DNA from: Eledone cirrhosa
Taxonomy: Eukaryota
Length of the DNA stretch: 64,000 bases
Assembly: GCA_964016885.1 (NCBI GenBank)
Contig: OZ024746.1
Coordinates: 39,742,001 to 39,806,000 of the forward strand
Direction of reading: 5' to 3'
The notes beneath the pieces are model-generated. The model saw only the letters and a list, made by a program, of their open reading frames with translations, was not told where the DNA came from and searched no databases. Within the stretch, counting starts at the first letter, position 1. Each line of letters starts with the position of its first letter. Positions 27,344 through 43,833 of this stretch are shown here, piece after piece. A program made the translations under genes and the position numbers.

Positions 27344-28287
27344 AGGGTGAATCGGTGAAAGATATACCCATCAGCGAGATAATTACAGATAAAACCATAC
27401 TGCAATGGTATTTTATGCGACGTAAGGAGCCAACACTAATACTGCAATACCATTTTATGTGACGTAAGAGGCTCGAACAAATACTGCAGAGGTATTTTAT
27501 GCGACGCCCTACCAATTCTGCCGATTCCTAATATTATTAAAATATATATATTTACCTCACTATACATTATAAATTATATTTTATTTTTGTAAATATTTCC
27601 TATGACAACGATTAAATTTCTACTTATCTGTAAAATAAAATGGCCAACTGATAATAATGGCCAACTGATAATAACAAAGTCAAAATGAATACAACGAAAT
27701 AATGAGAATGGGGGATTTTTACCAACACTAACATACATACATACATACATACATACATACATACATACATACATACATACATACATACATACCAAAATAT
27801 ACACACATTACCATGCACATACACAGGTACATACAGAGACATGCTCATCCGCACTGAACTCAGCAATGCATGGTGATTTATTTCTCTTCATAGATTTCAG
27901 ATGATAAATATATAAAAAGAAATAGATTGGCAAGTTGGGATATTATATACTCTCTTAAGTTGAATCCTATTGGGAATCACATTTGGTTTTGAAGTTCCCC
28001 AAAGGGTAATGAATGATCCGCGAGTAAAACCACAATACAATGCCCACAAACACACACACATATATACACAGACAAACACAAATATGCACTCACTCACGTA
28101 CACACACACCCACACACAAATACACAGACATACACACACACAAACATATATATATATATATATATATATACATACATTCAAACATATATACACACACACA
28201 AACATATATATATATATACATACATATATACACACACATACACACGGACACTAAGATATGTATATATAAATACATCTCTCTCTCTCG

Positions 28288-28390
<103 letters not shown>

Positions 28391-28822
28391 TGTACCTGTC
28401 TGAAAGATGAGACCGGAGCTTAAACAATACAGATGAATAGAAGCAAATCGGAATAATTAACTCACTGTCAGAAAACACGGCTACTTGAAGCGTGCGTAAG
28501 AATCTCTTGAGTTGGTTTGGCGTCAACTACAGAGCTGACCAGGAATCATTTTGTCTAGCAAAAGTAATAGAAGGTAGAAATCTGTACAAGAAATAAAATT
28601 TGAACTTTCTTTATCTTTTTTGTAATTTCAATTTTAGGAATATAGTAGTATCATGTACATGTTGTCTATTATATGATTATAAATATACGTGTACGTGTTT
28701 ATATATAGATATAGATATATATAAATGGAAAAAATGAAACGAAATTTCATTTCACACTCTTAGTACGGCTTAGTATATACTTAGTATATACATACCTATA
28801 TATATATATAATACACACACAC

Positions 28823-28853
<31 letters not shown>

Positions 28854-28879
28854 ATACACACACACACACATATATATAT

Positions 28880-29067
28880 AATTGTTTCTACTTTTGGCAC
28901 AAGGCCAGCAATTACCCAGTGTATTACTGGTACTTTATTTTATCGACCCCTTCAGGATGAAAGGCAAAGTTAACCTTGGCGGGATTTGAACTCAGAATGG
29001 CAAGGGCCTTAACGCTATGCGTCAAAGCATGGCGTCCGACCCTCTATCGATACTGCCAATCCTCCGC
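28880..29067 (-). mobile_element. Full-length SINE, family A
   Basis: Reverse complement of the family consensus. Confidence 0.85.
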
Positions 29068-29170
29068 TATATATATATATAATGTGTGTGTGTGTGTGTG
29101 TATTATATATAGATGTGTGTATATATGTATGTGTGTGTGTGTGTGTGTATTATATATATATATATATATA

Positions 29171-29760
29171 TATATTAAAGTATTGATTAATACGTAAAAT
29201 AATTAATCATCTTGTCAGACGAAAGTATACGTTAACCAAAGTGCTAAAGATAGTCATTATTAGAACCTAAAGGGTGGTGAATTGGCAGTATCGGTAGAGA
29301 GACGGACGCCATGCTTTCCAACATAGTTACGTCCCTTTACGGTCTGACTTGAAATCCCGTCGAAGTTAACTTTGCCTTTCATCCTTACGGGGTCGATAAA
29401 ATAAAGTACCAGTAATGTACTGGTTAATTGCTGGCCTTGTGCCAAAAGTAGAAACAATAATTAGAACCTAAAGTCAGCTTAGGGGCTGTAACACATTGTC
29501 CTACAACTCCGAATGAAAATTCTTAAATTTTATATTAATAGAGCTGAATTTAGGTTCTAATAATTGTTTCTACTTTAGGCACAAGGCCAGCAATTACCCA
29601 GTGCATAATGCCTATTGTTAGCACTTTGGTTAACCTATACTTTTGTCAGACAATATGATTAATAACTTTATGTATTAATCAATATTTTAATATATGTACT
29701 TCTGCTCCTAACATTAAATTTTAGTAGAGCTGACTCATTTTAGACCAAACGCACTGCTAT
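29171..29760. mobile_element. Older PLE-like hairpin insertion (arms ~29171-29479 and ~29542-29694, plus tail) with a SINE in each arm
   Basis: Diverged inverted arms start at (TA)n. Tail hairpin GCTC-CTAA...TTAG-TA-GAGC at 29704-29730. The right boundary is approximate and no intact HHR was found. Confidence 0.6.
29273..29459 (+). mobile_element. Full-length SINE, family A
   Basis: TSD ATTAGAACCTAAAG at 29259-29272 and 29460-29473. Confidence 0.9.
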
Positions 29761-29911
29761 TTCTAGCATTCCCGTTGGCCTATCTGTATCTGAACATTCT
29801 TAGTACGCTCCTCACCATGTGCATTCAGATCCTCTTTTAAATATATATATATAAATATAAATTAATAAAGTAATGAATAAACAAAGAAACAGTTCCTTAT
29901 ATTAAAAAAAT

Positions 29912-30053
29912 TCATCATTTTACGATCGTTTCTAGGATATATATGTGTTAGTGTTGGTATGCATATTCTATAGATCTATGTAAAATATTTATACAAACTA
30001 TCAGAGGGAATATACATACCTACACATATATATGCTGTCTTCAGAAATAATGA
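29912..30053 (-). ncRNA. Type I hammerhead ribozyme with greatly extended helix II
   Basis: Minus strand TCATTATTT-CTGAAGA-(~100 nt stem-loop)-GAAA-C-GATC-GTA-AAATGATGA. Confidence 0.75.
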
Positions 30054-30968
30054 TATTTGTTTATTGAAAAAAACAAAGATTTAATACAATAGGTCTGTTT
30101 GGGAACAGGTTTTGAATTGACCAATAGAAAGATAGTGAAGGTCAAGATAGTAATATAGTAGTAAAATAACCTTAATTTATGGGTAGAGGAAGGTAGATTT
30201 CAGTTTTAGATGGAAAAGAATATTATGAATGAAAGATTATTTTAGGGATGAAAATAGGTCGTATGCTGACCTCAGAAATAATTATATTTGTTCATTGAAT
30301 AAAACCAACAAAGATTTGATATAGTCTGTCTGTTTGGTAACAGGTTTAGAATTAACCAATAGAAAGTTAATAATTGGCCAAATGGTAAAATAGTAGTAAT
30401 TGAAGTTAATTTTAGGGGTAGATGAAGGTAGATTTCAGTTTTGAATGGAGTGTGAAGAATGAGAAGGTTATTTTAGGGGTGAAAATAGGTCAGGTCAGTA
30501 AAAGGTATACGAACAGTTGCTGTTATAAAATAGTAATGCCAATGCAAATATCTAAGGAGACTAAAATTTTACGATAAGAGTGTTAGTGAAAAAAATACAT
30601 CCATGAAAAGAATATAAATTAATTTAATTGATGGGTATATTTATATTGATCAAATTATACTAATGCATATAGATATGATAAATAAGAGTTAGATGCAGTT
30701 GGTTTTATTCAATGAACAAATATAATTATTTCTGAGGTCAGCATACGACCTATTTTCATCCCTAAAATAATCTTTCATTCATAATATTCTTTTCCATCCA
30801 AAACTGAAATCTACCTTCCTCTACCCATAAATTAAGGTTATTTTACTACTAGATTACTATCTTGACCTTCACTATCTTTCTATTGGTCAATTCAAAACCT
30901 GTTCCCAAACAGACCTATTGTATTAAATCTTTGTTTTTTTCAATAAACAAATATCATTATTTCTGAAG

Positions 30969-31098
30969 TTACGGCCCTTGCCATTCTGAGTTCAAATCCC
31001 GCCGAGGTTAACTTTGCCTTTCATCCTTATGGGGTCGATAAAATAAAGTACCAGTAATACACTGGGCAATTGCTGGCCTTGTGCCAAAAATAGAAACA
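30969..31098 (+). mobile_element. SINE family A (5'-truncated) inserted into the HHR of the right arm
   Basis: TSD ATTATTTCTGAAG at 30956-30968 and 31099-31111; absent from the left arm. Confidence 0.9.
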
Positions 31099-31421
31099 AT
31101 TATTTCTGAAGACAGCATATATATGTGTAGGTATATATATTCCCTCTGATAGTTTGTATAAATATTTTACATAGATCTATAGAATATGCATACCAACACT
31201 AACACATATATATCCTAGAAACGATCGTAAAATGATGAATTTTTTTAATATAAGGAACTGTTTCTTTGTTTATTCATTACTTTATTAATTTATCTTGACT
31301 CTGTTTTCCGTTAATTTTCACCGAAAATAGTTTTTGAATGCATCTTCTCTTTTCATGATATCCGGATTACATTGAGTTCTTCATACGGATTGGACACTAC
31401 CGTAAATTTTTGGTAGATTTA

Positions 31422-31452
<31 letters not shown>

Positions 31453-31458
<6 letters not shown>

Positions 31459-31947
31459 AGAAGCAAAAAATTGCTTATTGTGATCCAGTTTTTGGTTAAG
31501 AAAGCCAGTTTCATGGATGGTTTCAGCGTACGGTTAGGGGTAACTCCACAAGTTTGTAAGAATTCCGTTCAATCTTGGAGTATAAAGTATAAAAGAGAAA
31601 ACACAGGTAAGCATTAAGAGAAGGATTTAATCCAGGTATTTACGACCGTTTCATTGGTAAGTGCAACCTTATATTGCTATACTGCAAATAGCAGCCACTC
31701 AATTATAATTGTTGTTCACAGTCCAAATTTTCAAAATAGTGAGTTACTCTTGAAATAATTCTCTATATATTAAGAATTATTTCAAGAGTAACTCACTATT
31801 TTGAAAATTTGGACTGTGAACAACAATTATAATTGAGTGGCTGCTATTTGCAGTATAGCAATATAAGGTTGCACTTACCAATGAAACGGTCGTAAATACC
31901 TGGATTAAATCCTTCTCTTAATGCTTACCTGTGTTTTCTCTTTTATA
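31453..31947. mobile_element. PLE-derived hairpin: inverted tail 31453-31587, arms 31588-31762 and 31773-31947, 10-nt loop
   Basis: The arms appear to be perfect reverse complements (175 bp). HHR 3' half GAAA-CGGTCG-TA at 31883-31894. (TA)n flanks. Confidence 0.8.
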
Positions 31948-31984
31948 TATATATATATATATCTATATATATATCTGTGTGTGT

Positions 31985-32160
31985 GAGTCCCGGCTCAATC
32001 AGAGGTAACCAAAGTAAGTAAGGTAGTCAATACATTAGTAGAGTATAAACATCATGTTTAATATAGAAATGGCTTCTACGGGACTAGAACTGTTTCATTC
32101 AAAAGAAATCATCCTGTAGAAGCCATTTCTATATTAAACATGATATATGTATTTATTTAT
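31985..32160. mobile_element. Short PLE-derived hairpin of the 12719 family
   Basis: Homologous tail; the minus strand has a truncated HHR ATGA-TTTCTTTTGAAT-GAAA-CAGTTCTA-GTC. Confidence 0.65.
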
Positions 32161-32167
32161 ATATATG

Positions 32168-32250
<83 letters not shown>

Positions 32251-32302
32251 CAGAATTAGCCCGTCGAAACGGCTTGAGCTCAGAGTCGGGGTCCTACTCG
32301 TT

Positions 32303-32342
<40 letters not shown>

Positions 32343-32408
32343 CATATATCATGTTTAATATAGAAATGAAGGATTATGAGTTCATGCAATTGACTTATGT
32401 TTCGTCAC

Positions 32409-32441
<33 letters not shown>

Positions 32442-32452
32442 ATGTATAGATG

Positions 32453-32499
<47 letters not shown>

Positions 32500-33266
32500 T
32501 AATTTTCAACAATGAAACACATTGGTGGTGTATTAGTCCAGAAATATGGTAACAGAAGAGTTACTTTGAGCATTATAGCAACAGTTGATATGGATCAAAA
32601 GTTGATATGGATCAAGAGAGGTGAGCCATATTTTGAGATCTGATCACCTGGACAAAGCATTACTTGACTAATTCCAACTGAGTCGCCAGGATGATGATGT
32701 CATATTTTTAAATGGCATGACACAACCAATAAACTCATGTAAGTTCAGATCTGAAGTTTCCTGATGTCTCAAAAGGTGATGTATGTAAAGAACATATATA
32801 CACATACATTTATGTATGTGAGCACGGATGATTGTATGTATGCATTTATGTATACATACGTATGCGTGCGTGTGCATTTGGGCATATATATGTGTGTGTG
32901 TGGGTGGATGGGTGGGTGTGTCAGAGAGAGTGCGTGTGTGTGTGTGGAGGTTACTTAAAGGTTTGAAAAAAGCACCTGCCATTTCCGGAAATGTCTTTTT
33001 TTCTGTTTAGATTCCGAGATTATATATCTATCTATATCAGTTTGTTTGTACATATATTTCGATCTAAATTTACCTCAACTGTTAGACTGATTGTCCGTCA
33101 GTAGCTGTAGAACTATATGTCTTATTTTTTCTCTAAATTATCCGTCAACTTAACGTGCTTATTATCCCTGTCTCTCCATTTAACAGCACATCCCTAGTCA
33201 CACAAACATGTACTGATTATCTACACTTTCACCACCGGCTTCTCCCTCTATCTCTCTCTCTCTCTA

Positions 33267-34163
<897 letters not shown>

Positions 34164-34393
34164 TTGAACAACAACTACATCAATCTCGACTTTGTGAGGA
34201 GCCTGATAAGATCATTCACAACGCCCGACGACCCCCGCCCCCCGACCCACTGCCAAATAAAAGAATTATTCTTTGTTTTTATATATATATATATATATAT
34301 ATATACAGTGAGGAAGAAAGTGATTGAATATTGATACGTAATCTTTTGCTTGTTTGCTTTTCTGTCCTTTTGTGTCGTCTTTAAACACACACA

Positions 34394-34474
<81 letters not shown>

Positions 34475-34804
34475 AGAGTGCAAAATATAAATACCTTCCA
34501 TGTTGTAGTAGGGATTCTTGACGACACGAGTCTACTAGGAAGAAATAAAATAAAACAACTAGCAATTACAATTACATACAAAGAAAGATAGGGGAAAGAA
34601 GAAAGATAGAAAGAAGAAAGATAGAAAGACAATAATAAATTGCTGAGACAAATAAAAGGAAAGGGTTTTTCAAAGGACGGAAAGTTAGGGTAAATGTGGG
34701 AAGAATCTTATATATTGATTATCGTTACTGACTAATCTCCTTATTCTTATTTTGTTGTTTCACTTTCACCTGCAGACATATATGCACGCACGAATATGTG
34801 TATG

Positions 34805-34855
<51 letters not shown>

Positions 34856-34977
34856 ACATACATGTATTTATATATATATATAGACATATATGTATTTGTA
34901 GTATATATATATATATATATATGCATATACACATACATACATACATACATACATACATACATACATACATACATACA

Positions 34978-35008
<31 letters not shown>

Positions 35009-35013
35009 GTGTG

Positions 35014-35052
<39 letters not shown>

Positions 35053-35145
35053 GGGCAGAGAGGTGGAAATGTGTGTTTCTGTAAGTAGATAGTATCTGGC
35101 TTTGATCATAAATGGAAGCATGCATCAAAGGTTCCTAAATATATA

Positions 35146-35224
35146 GAGGGTCTCCCCAAAAAATGTATACACACTTCAACAGCATTCTGATCAAAATGTG
35201 TATACATTTTTGGGGAACACACTG
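35146..35224. mobile_element. Tc1/mariner-type MITE
   Basis: TIRs ...CCCCAAAAAATGTATACACA / TGTGTATACATTTTTGGGG..., with TA on both sides. Confidence 0.7.
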
Positions 35225-35437
35225 TATATAGATAATGTGTGTGTGTGTGTTTGAGTATGTGTGCGTGTAAGAATGATGCTAATACAAACGCGTTCTTTCA
35301 TACATAAGTATTCCCATGTTATGTAAGGATCCCACTCAACAAGTTATTTTTGCAATTTCTAACTATAGTTGTTTTAAAACGAACTAAAAAATACATTGGT
35401 AATCTTTAATATGAGTGCGAAATTTTCATTCAAACAT

Positions 35438-35471
<34 letters not shown>

Positions 35472-35484
35472 GAATATATATGTG

Positions 35485-35524
<40 letters not shown>

Positions 35525-35716
35525 CGTTTGTGTGTGTGTGTGTACATATATACGCGCACACACATACACACACGCACACACAAACAAACACACACCCAAG
35601 CACACATACACACACATAATACTTACACACATAGAGATACCTTCGTATATACATGCGAACATATCTATATATAGATATATAGATATATATATATATAGAT
35701 ATTTTCTATACTTTTC

Positions 35717-35781
<65 letters not shown>

Positions 35782-36975
35782 TCAGATAGGGATTCATCTT
35801 AACACGGTATTTTTGAATTTCAAATTCAAGGTATTAATGGCAGCTAAAAACGCATTTGATATCTCTAAGCCTTGACTGCTATGTTTTATTTCAAACACAA
35901 AGGCCCTATTTAGAATGACCAAATTTAGAGTTTCTGTTGGCCCATCAGTGTATGGGTATATTGAACCTTCGTCGGCCACAAGGCTGTTCCAGTTGATGCG
36001 TGGAATCAGAGTGTAAGGGGCTGCACATTCCAAGTACATGTATACCATTAATGTACTTCTCGAGGAGATTCAATGTGACTGTACGTAACAAGGCATGGCC
36101 CTTAGAATTATAAGCCCAACTGATTTTGCCAACTGAGTCTCCTGGAGAACAACTTCTCTATTTAAGGCGTTTAACATCTCGGGCCGGATTTCATCTTCCA
36201 CGGTGGCCTTGACACATTTGAGCTATTTAACTGCTCTTGTGACCTCAGCCTCTGAGAGATTAGTCACCGCTCCCAGATGCACCTCGTCTACATCAGAAGA
36301 TGCTGACCTCTCGCTGAGGCTAGCTTTGCCTTTCACCAATACGAGGTCGGTAAAATAAAGTACCAGTAACGCAGTTGAGTCGATTTAATCGACTGTCCCC
36401 TCCTCTAAAATTGTTGGCTTTGTACCTAAATCAGAAGCCATTATAGCCACCTCTAAACAGGACTCCTAGATTCCTCGTTCTTGTCTCTTTAATGTGTATC
36501 CTCTTTTGTATTTCTTTTCTTTTTCCTTTTCCTCTACGTTTCTACACTTTGATGGTCTTTTCGCACCCTGGTGTCATACAGCATCCTACGTCATTTCTAT
36601 TTCATTGTTACACCTAAATATCTGATAATAATTTACATTGTCCAGAAAATCACGCTAATTACTTTGTTGTCTTGGAATTTGTCCCATCTTACGCATGAAA
36701 TGAGATATTTGTTTTCGAATGAATCCTATTATTTTCTCTGTTTATTTGGAGACTTTCCAGCTTTCGCAGGCATATGTGAAAGATTGTCGAAATGTTTTGG
36801 TTTAAGACGCGATATTCTGTTTTCCTGCTTGTACATTTTGGTGACCTTTTTGAGGAATTCTAAAAATTAAAGTCAGATCATACGTATATGTATGCATGCA
36901 TGCATACATACATACATACATACATACATACATACATACATACATACATACATACATACATACATACATACATAC

Positions 36976-37810
36976 ATGGTGGCTGCCAACTCGTTTTCGA
37001 GTACGGCCACTACTTTATATCCATGTAGGAGAACCCCTACTGATGCGCTGAACGAGTGTGACTTTTTAGTCCAGCCAGCGATTTGGAAACGCTGGTACAA
37101 ACACTACACTTGTGACAATTACTGACACATAGTGCTGGGCCCATTGTACCCTGTGATGACAAGTGCAGAGAGATCTCCAGATATAAAGCAATGCCTATGC
37201 CGTGAAGCTTTTATAGTGAGCAAAGGCACTGCACAAAGCCAGTCTCACTCTCTTAACCAAGATGATATTTACCAAAAAGAAGAACAAGTCAACATCATTG
37301 GATACCATCAGGGTTGCAGGTGCTATATCAGAGTTTTCCTTCTCGTAGAATTTTGCCTTGACAAAGACTAAGGGGTCATCTCTCCCGGTGATTTTGGATG
37401 GCCATTGACTCTTAAGAGCTCCTTTGCCCTTTGACATATTTTGTTTTTAGTCCTGCAGGATGTCCAAAGTCACCCTCCTCACCAAGAAACCTTGGTGGGG
37501 TTGCCAGTTTAGTCGCTAACAACCCGACCATGCGACAGGTTGTACTGGGATACATGTTACCAGTAGCACCAACTGGTGACCTGACATACATACATACATA
37601 CATACATACATACATACATACATACATGGTGGCTGCCAACTCGTTTTCGAGTACGGCCACTACTTTATATCCATGTAGGAGAACCCCTACCGATACGCTG
37701 AACGAGTGTGACCTTTTAGTCCAGCCAGCGACTTGAAAACTCTGGTACAAACACTACACTTGTGACAATTATTGACACATAGTGCTGGGCCCATGGTACC
37801 ATGTGACGAC
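36976..37810 (-). mobile_element. RTE-derived non-autonomous element: full copy 36976-37585 plus 5'-truncated copy 37626-37810, in (ACAT)n
   Basis: Highly similar to 5916-7178, with the same zinc-finger remnant and tail. Confidence 0.75.
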
Positions 37811-38275
37811 ATACATACATACATACATACATACATACATACATACATACATACATACATACATACATACATACATACATACATACATACACTTGCAAAC
37901 TCATGCCAGTCTTTTGCAAATCTTTGCATGTGTTGATACACAGTGAACAGATTAAAAAAACGTTGGAGTGGAAAGGGACGAAGAAACATTAGATGCAATT
38001 AATTTTCTTGAGACATGTAAGCTCAGAATTTAGACCCGGTTGACGAATCTAAGAAACTCGAGGTAGTTTGATGTCTCTCAATGATTTCCTCTTGGCAACA
38101 ACGCCGGTGGCCTGTTGTGATTTATTACTGTGTTTCATGTCGGGTCACACTTAGAAAGGTTCTCTGATAAGCGATAAACTCTGTAATTTCCTTAAGTATG
38201 TACAAGCTACTAAAACTGTGGTTATCTTCGATCATCAAGTGGACATGTGTGTCCTAAACTTACTCGTGTAAACAT

Positions 38276-38382
<107 letters not shown>

Positions 38383-38435
38383 CATATATATATATATATA
38401 TACATACATACATATATATATATATACATATATAT

Positions 38436-38529
38436 AACGAAGGAAATGTGGTAAGGAATCAGATGGACCATAACGCACCAAAGTACTCGAAACGGCTTGA
38501 GCTCAGCCGTCGGGGTCCTACTCGTTCCA
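38436..38529. mobile_element. Minimal insertion of the 4090 family: inverted tail plus short forward arm
   Basis: 38436-38488 is the reverse complement of the tail end. 38490-38529 is GAAACGGCTT...CTCGTTCC. (TA)n flanks. Confidence 0.75.
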
Positions 38530-38669
38530 TATACATATATATATACATACACACGAGTGCTAGATTCAAATTATGAAACATGTTTTATTGTACTTTTTGA
38601 TTCAATGGATAAACAGTTATATTATTTCTTCTGACAATTATACTACTTTATACTTTATTTATATATATA

Positions 38670-39590
<921 letters not shown>

Positions 39591-40351
39591 TATTCTGTTA
39601 GGGTCGTTGGAGTTGGAGCTGGCAGGCAGAAAGGCTAGTTCGCCGGTCTAATTACATCGCAGTATTATGTTTCTACGAGATGGTGGCTGTAGCTTTCTAG
39701 CATAGCGAGTCTGCAATACAGTTTAAACTCCCATTTCATTTTACATTCTCCCTCTCTCATCTACTTACTTTTTTCCCGGCTGAAATCAATAATTCTGGGG
39801 AGAGATATGGTCAGTGGAGTCGACTTACTGTCGACATACTTACAGGAAGATGATCGCATTTTGTAATTACATTACAAAATCAGAAAGTACAAATAAAATA
39901 CATATATTTATGTTTTTGGAACATTTTCTTTTCATTCAGTTTTGTATCTATATTTTCTAGGTTCGAGTTGTGCCAAGATAAAATAATATACACCAGTAAT
40001 ACAATAAAGCAAGAATATATTTTAATATAGGGATGGACCTCTGTCTGGTTAAGGAGTTTGCTTGGGAACCGCGAGGTTCTGAGTTTCTTTCCTACTACGT
40101 AACACTTACGTAGCATCGAGTTAAACAATACCTTGTGAGTGGAATTTGGTAGACGGAAACTGCAGAAGCTCGTCATACATACATGTATGTATGTGTGTGT
40201 GAAGCGTATATGTATATATAAAGGGAGAGAAGGAGGGGGAGGCAGAGAGAGAGAGAAAAAAGACAGAATAACTTTTAGCTATCTTTTCATTGAGACGTTC
40301 AGTATATTAGTGACAGATAATGTATGTGTCTTATGTGTCTGTATTTGTGCG

Positions 40352-40412
<61 letters not shown>

Positions 40413-41385
40413 GTGTGCGTGTGTGTGTTTTGTTTAAGTTCCGTAACTTGCTGGTTCATACAGGAGAAATACTGTGTTCAATATGATCGACTAAAATCTC
40501 TTTAAAGCGATGCCCGAGCACGACCGCAGTCTAATGACTGAAACTTGTAAAATAATAAACTCCTTAGATTAAACAATTTAAAAGAAAAAAGAAAAAAAAA
40601 ATGAGTCAGTAGATAAACTGTCAGATCAGCAGCTGAAATCCGCCAAAGTTACCTCTTCGCACAAAACATTTCTACGTGACTCTAAACAGGTACACCTCAT
40701 TTACTTCATATCTTAACACAAGAGATAATTGCATGCATGGACCGTAACTCCCGAGACTGTCGTAGGAGTGCCGTATTGACATATGGAGTTTCTATGCCAT
40801 TTAAAAAAAAGCCTGGTCTGAATACAGCATATTGCCTCCAGGGGATAGATAGTGAGAAAGAGATATAGAGGAAGAATCGAGAAGAAAAGTACTTGACTGG
40901 TACTTTTTTATCGACTTCGAATGGATGAAAGGTAAAGTTGACCTCGGCAGGATTTGAACTCAGTGAGTAGAGAGTCGACACGAATACCGCAAAGCATTCT
41001 ATCCGACGTTCTAACGACTGCCAATTCGCTACCTTTGGGAGATAATTACCATTTGTTTTTATATAAAACAAGATGGTATCATTACTAAATAATATCAAAA
41101 GTACTATATATGCAATTGAAAGAGCATTAAATTCAAAGTTTATTCGTAACCTAGGAATTATTGTTGGACAGTCCCGATCAGCTATGCTTGAACAGATCTA
41201 CGGCATGGAGATAATCCTGTGAAAGATTTGAAATAACCAGTAGGCATTATTGCATTCGACAACATTCACTCTGGTCTATAGCTTATCGATTGCTTGCACA
41301 GTAATCAGGACATGCTTTCTTTACCCACAAATATCTTTTGATTCTTGGGTCGACGTGACAATCAGATGTTATTATACACCACTGG

Positions 41386-41570
41386 CGGTGGCTTGGCAGA
41401 ATCAGTAGAGCATCAGACACCATGCTTTGCAGCATAGAGTCATGGCCCTTTATGTTCTGAGTTCAAATCCTGCCAAGGTTAGCTTTGCCTTTCATCCTTA
41501 CGGGGTCGATAAAATAAAGTACCAGTAATGCACTGATATAATTGCTGGCCTTGTGCCAAAAGTAGAAACA
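41386..41570 (+). mobile_element. Full-length SINE, family A
   Basis: TSD GTTATTATACACCACTGG at 41368-41385 and 41571-41588. Other family copies lie at ~1131-1200, 4880-4978, 10430-10525, 36310-36445, 40890-41030, 42240-42430 and 45920-46030. Confidence 0.9.
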
Positions 41571-42495
41571 GTTATTATACACCACTGGTCACAATACGCT
41601 TCCATGCTTGCCTTTATTGTGATCCTCTCTTTCCTTTTGACCTGAATACTTGGTGGTTTAAGAGTACGTAAGATTTTAAGCACAAGATCAACACGTTTGA
41701 GAAATGAGAAAGTTGACTAAATTGACCGCAGTACTTGACAGGTATTTTACCACGTTGACCTTGAAGGGAGGAAAGGTAACGTTAAATTCAGTTGGATTTG
41801 AACTCGGAACGTAATGAGCCGGTGAAACAAATCAATTTGCCCGACGCTCCAGCGATTCCCCCCAATCTAAACCCTCAGGTCGTTTGAATTTCATTCTGCC
41901 ACCATAGGTTGGCCTGATTGACCCCACGCGGGGAACGACGCCACCCCACTGGCTGGGTGAGCAGGTCGTAGTTACCTCTCTCCAGTTTAGATAGCGTCCA
42001 GAGTCTAGCGAATTGGACTGTGTGCGCGCTTCTGTTCAGTAGTCTTTCTGTAGGGTCGGTAATCCAGTACCTTTGTAGCTTGGCTGGACTTGCTGGAATA
42101 TCCTTCCCGTTACCATAGCTACGGGATACCCATTGCTATTATTGTGTAACTTGCGAGCTCTAAAAATCAAATTTTGCAGCTGTTTATCAAATATGATCAC
42201 AACCATTTGAGAAGACTGGCTGTTATTTACGTCGGCTGACGGCGGTGGGTTGGCAGTATCGGTAGAGCGTTCCACTACATTTTGAGTTCAATTCCCACCG
42301 AGGTTAGCTTTGCCTTTCATCCTTCCAGGGTCTATAAAATAAAGTACCAGTAACGCACTGAGGTCGATACAATCGACTTTCACCTCTCTCCAAATTGTTG
42401 GTCGTGTGTCTAAATCAGAAACCCTTATTTAAGTTGGCTTGAATCAATAATCTTGTCATGTGAAAAAAGGAAATATTTAAGGTTTCGAGCAGAGA

Positions 42496-42598
42496 TTTTA
42501 CTATTAAAATGATAGTCTACTTTTACTATTAAAATGATAGTCTACTTTTACTATTAAAATGATAGTCTACTTTTACTATTAAAATGATAGTCTACTTT
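42496..42598. repeat. 25-bp tandem repeat, 4 copies (TTTTACTATTAAAATGATAGTCTAC)
   Basis: Seen directly. Confidence 0.95.
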
Positions 42599-43292
42599 GC
42601 AGAATATTTATCAATCAATAATGTTTTTTTCTCGTCGAAGAATCGTGTATCATTGTTGGGGAATCAACAAGTTACTTCAGTACTGACACATTTCATCAAC
42701 TTGTGGTGGCATGCTGACATTAGTATGCTTTCCCGGCAGCGATGTAAAGTGTTTCGTGTTTTATTCGGAAGACTACAAACGTCTTCCTGGAGTGTTAAGG
42801 TAGGAAGGCAAGAAGTCAGGGTGGAAGAATATAGAGAGGGAGACAGTGCGGAAGGGTGAAAACGTGTAGATAAATTATGAACGATAATTGTAAAGGAAGT
42901 GTCACGTTGATGATTGACAGATTTTACTAATGAGTTATATTTTTCGTTAACCGTTACCCTTGTTGCACTTACTTTAAACCCATGCAATCTCACATTTAAG
43001 TTACTTCGTCTTTTCACACATACCCACACACGTACACACACACAGTAGCACACACAGATACACATACACACCGAGGCTCAAACACACGCACACACCAATT
43101 TCAAAAAGCTCATATGATATATACATACTATCGTCTTGTTTCTGTATACGTGTTTGTGTGTGTATGTATCTTTGTTTATATATATATATATATATAAACA
43201 CATATACATACAGACACAAACATATATATATATATATATATATAAATACACCATATTTCCCATCAAATTGCTGGCCTTGTGTCAAAATTATA

Positions 43293-43782
<490 letters not shown>

Positions 43783-43802
43783 ACAGAACAAAGGAGAGGC
43801 AC

Positions 43803-43833
<31 letters not shown>

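Larger units (their letters stand above)
29857..31424. mobile_element. PLE hairpin insertion related to the large Naiad-like element: arms 29857-30309 and 30698-31293, tail 31294-31424
   Basis: The terminal ~200 bp and the tail are homologous to 56780-57121. Flanked by TA runs, with an HHR in both arms. Confidence 0.85.

Noticed and set aside
34184-34202. Further instance of the tail hairpin on the minus strand (GCTC-CT..AG-TC-GAGA)
   Set aside because: The closing pair is mismatched, the upper stem is only 2 bp and no HHR is nearby; it could be chance.
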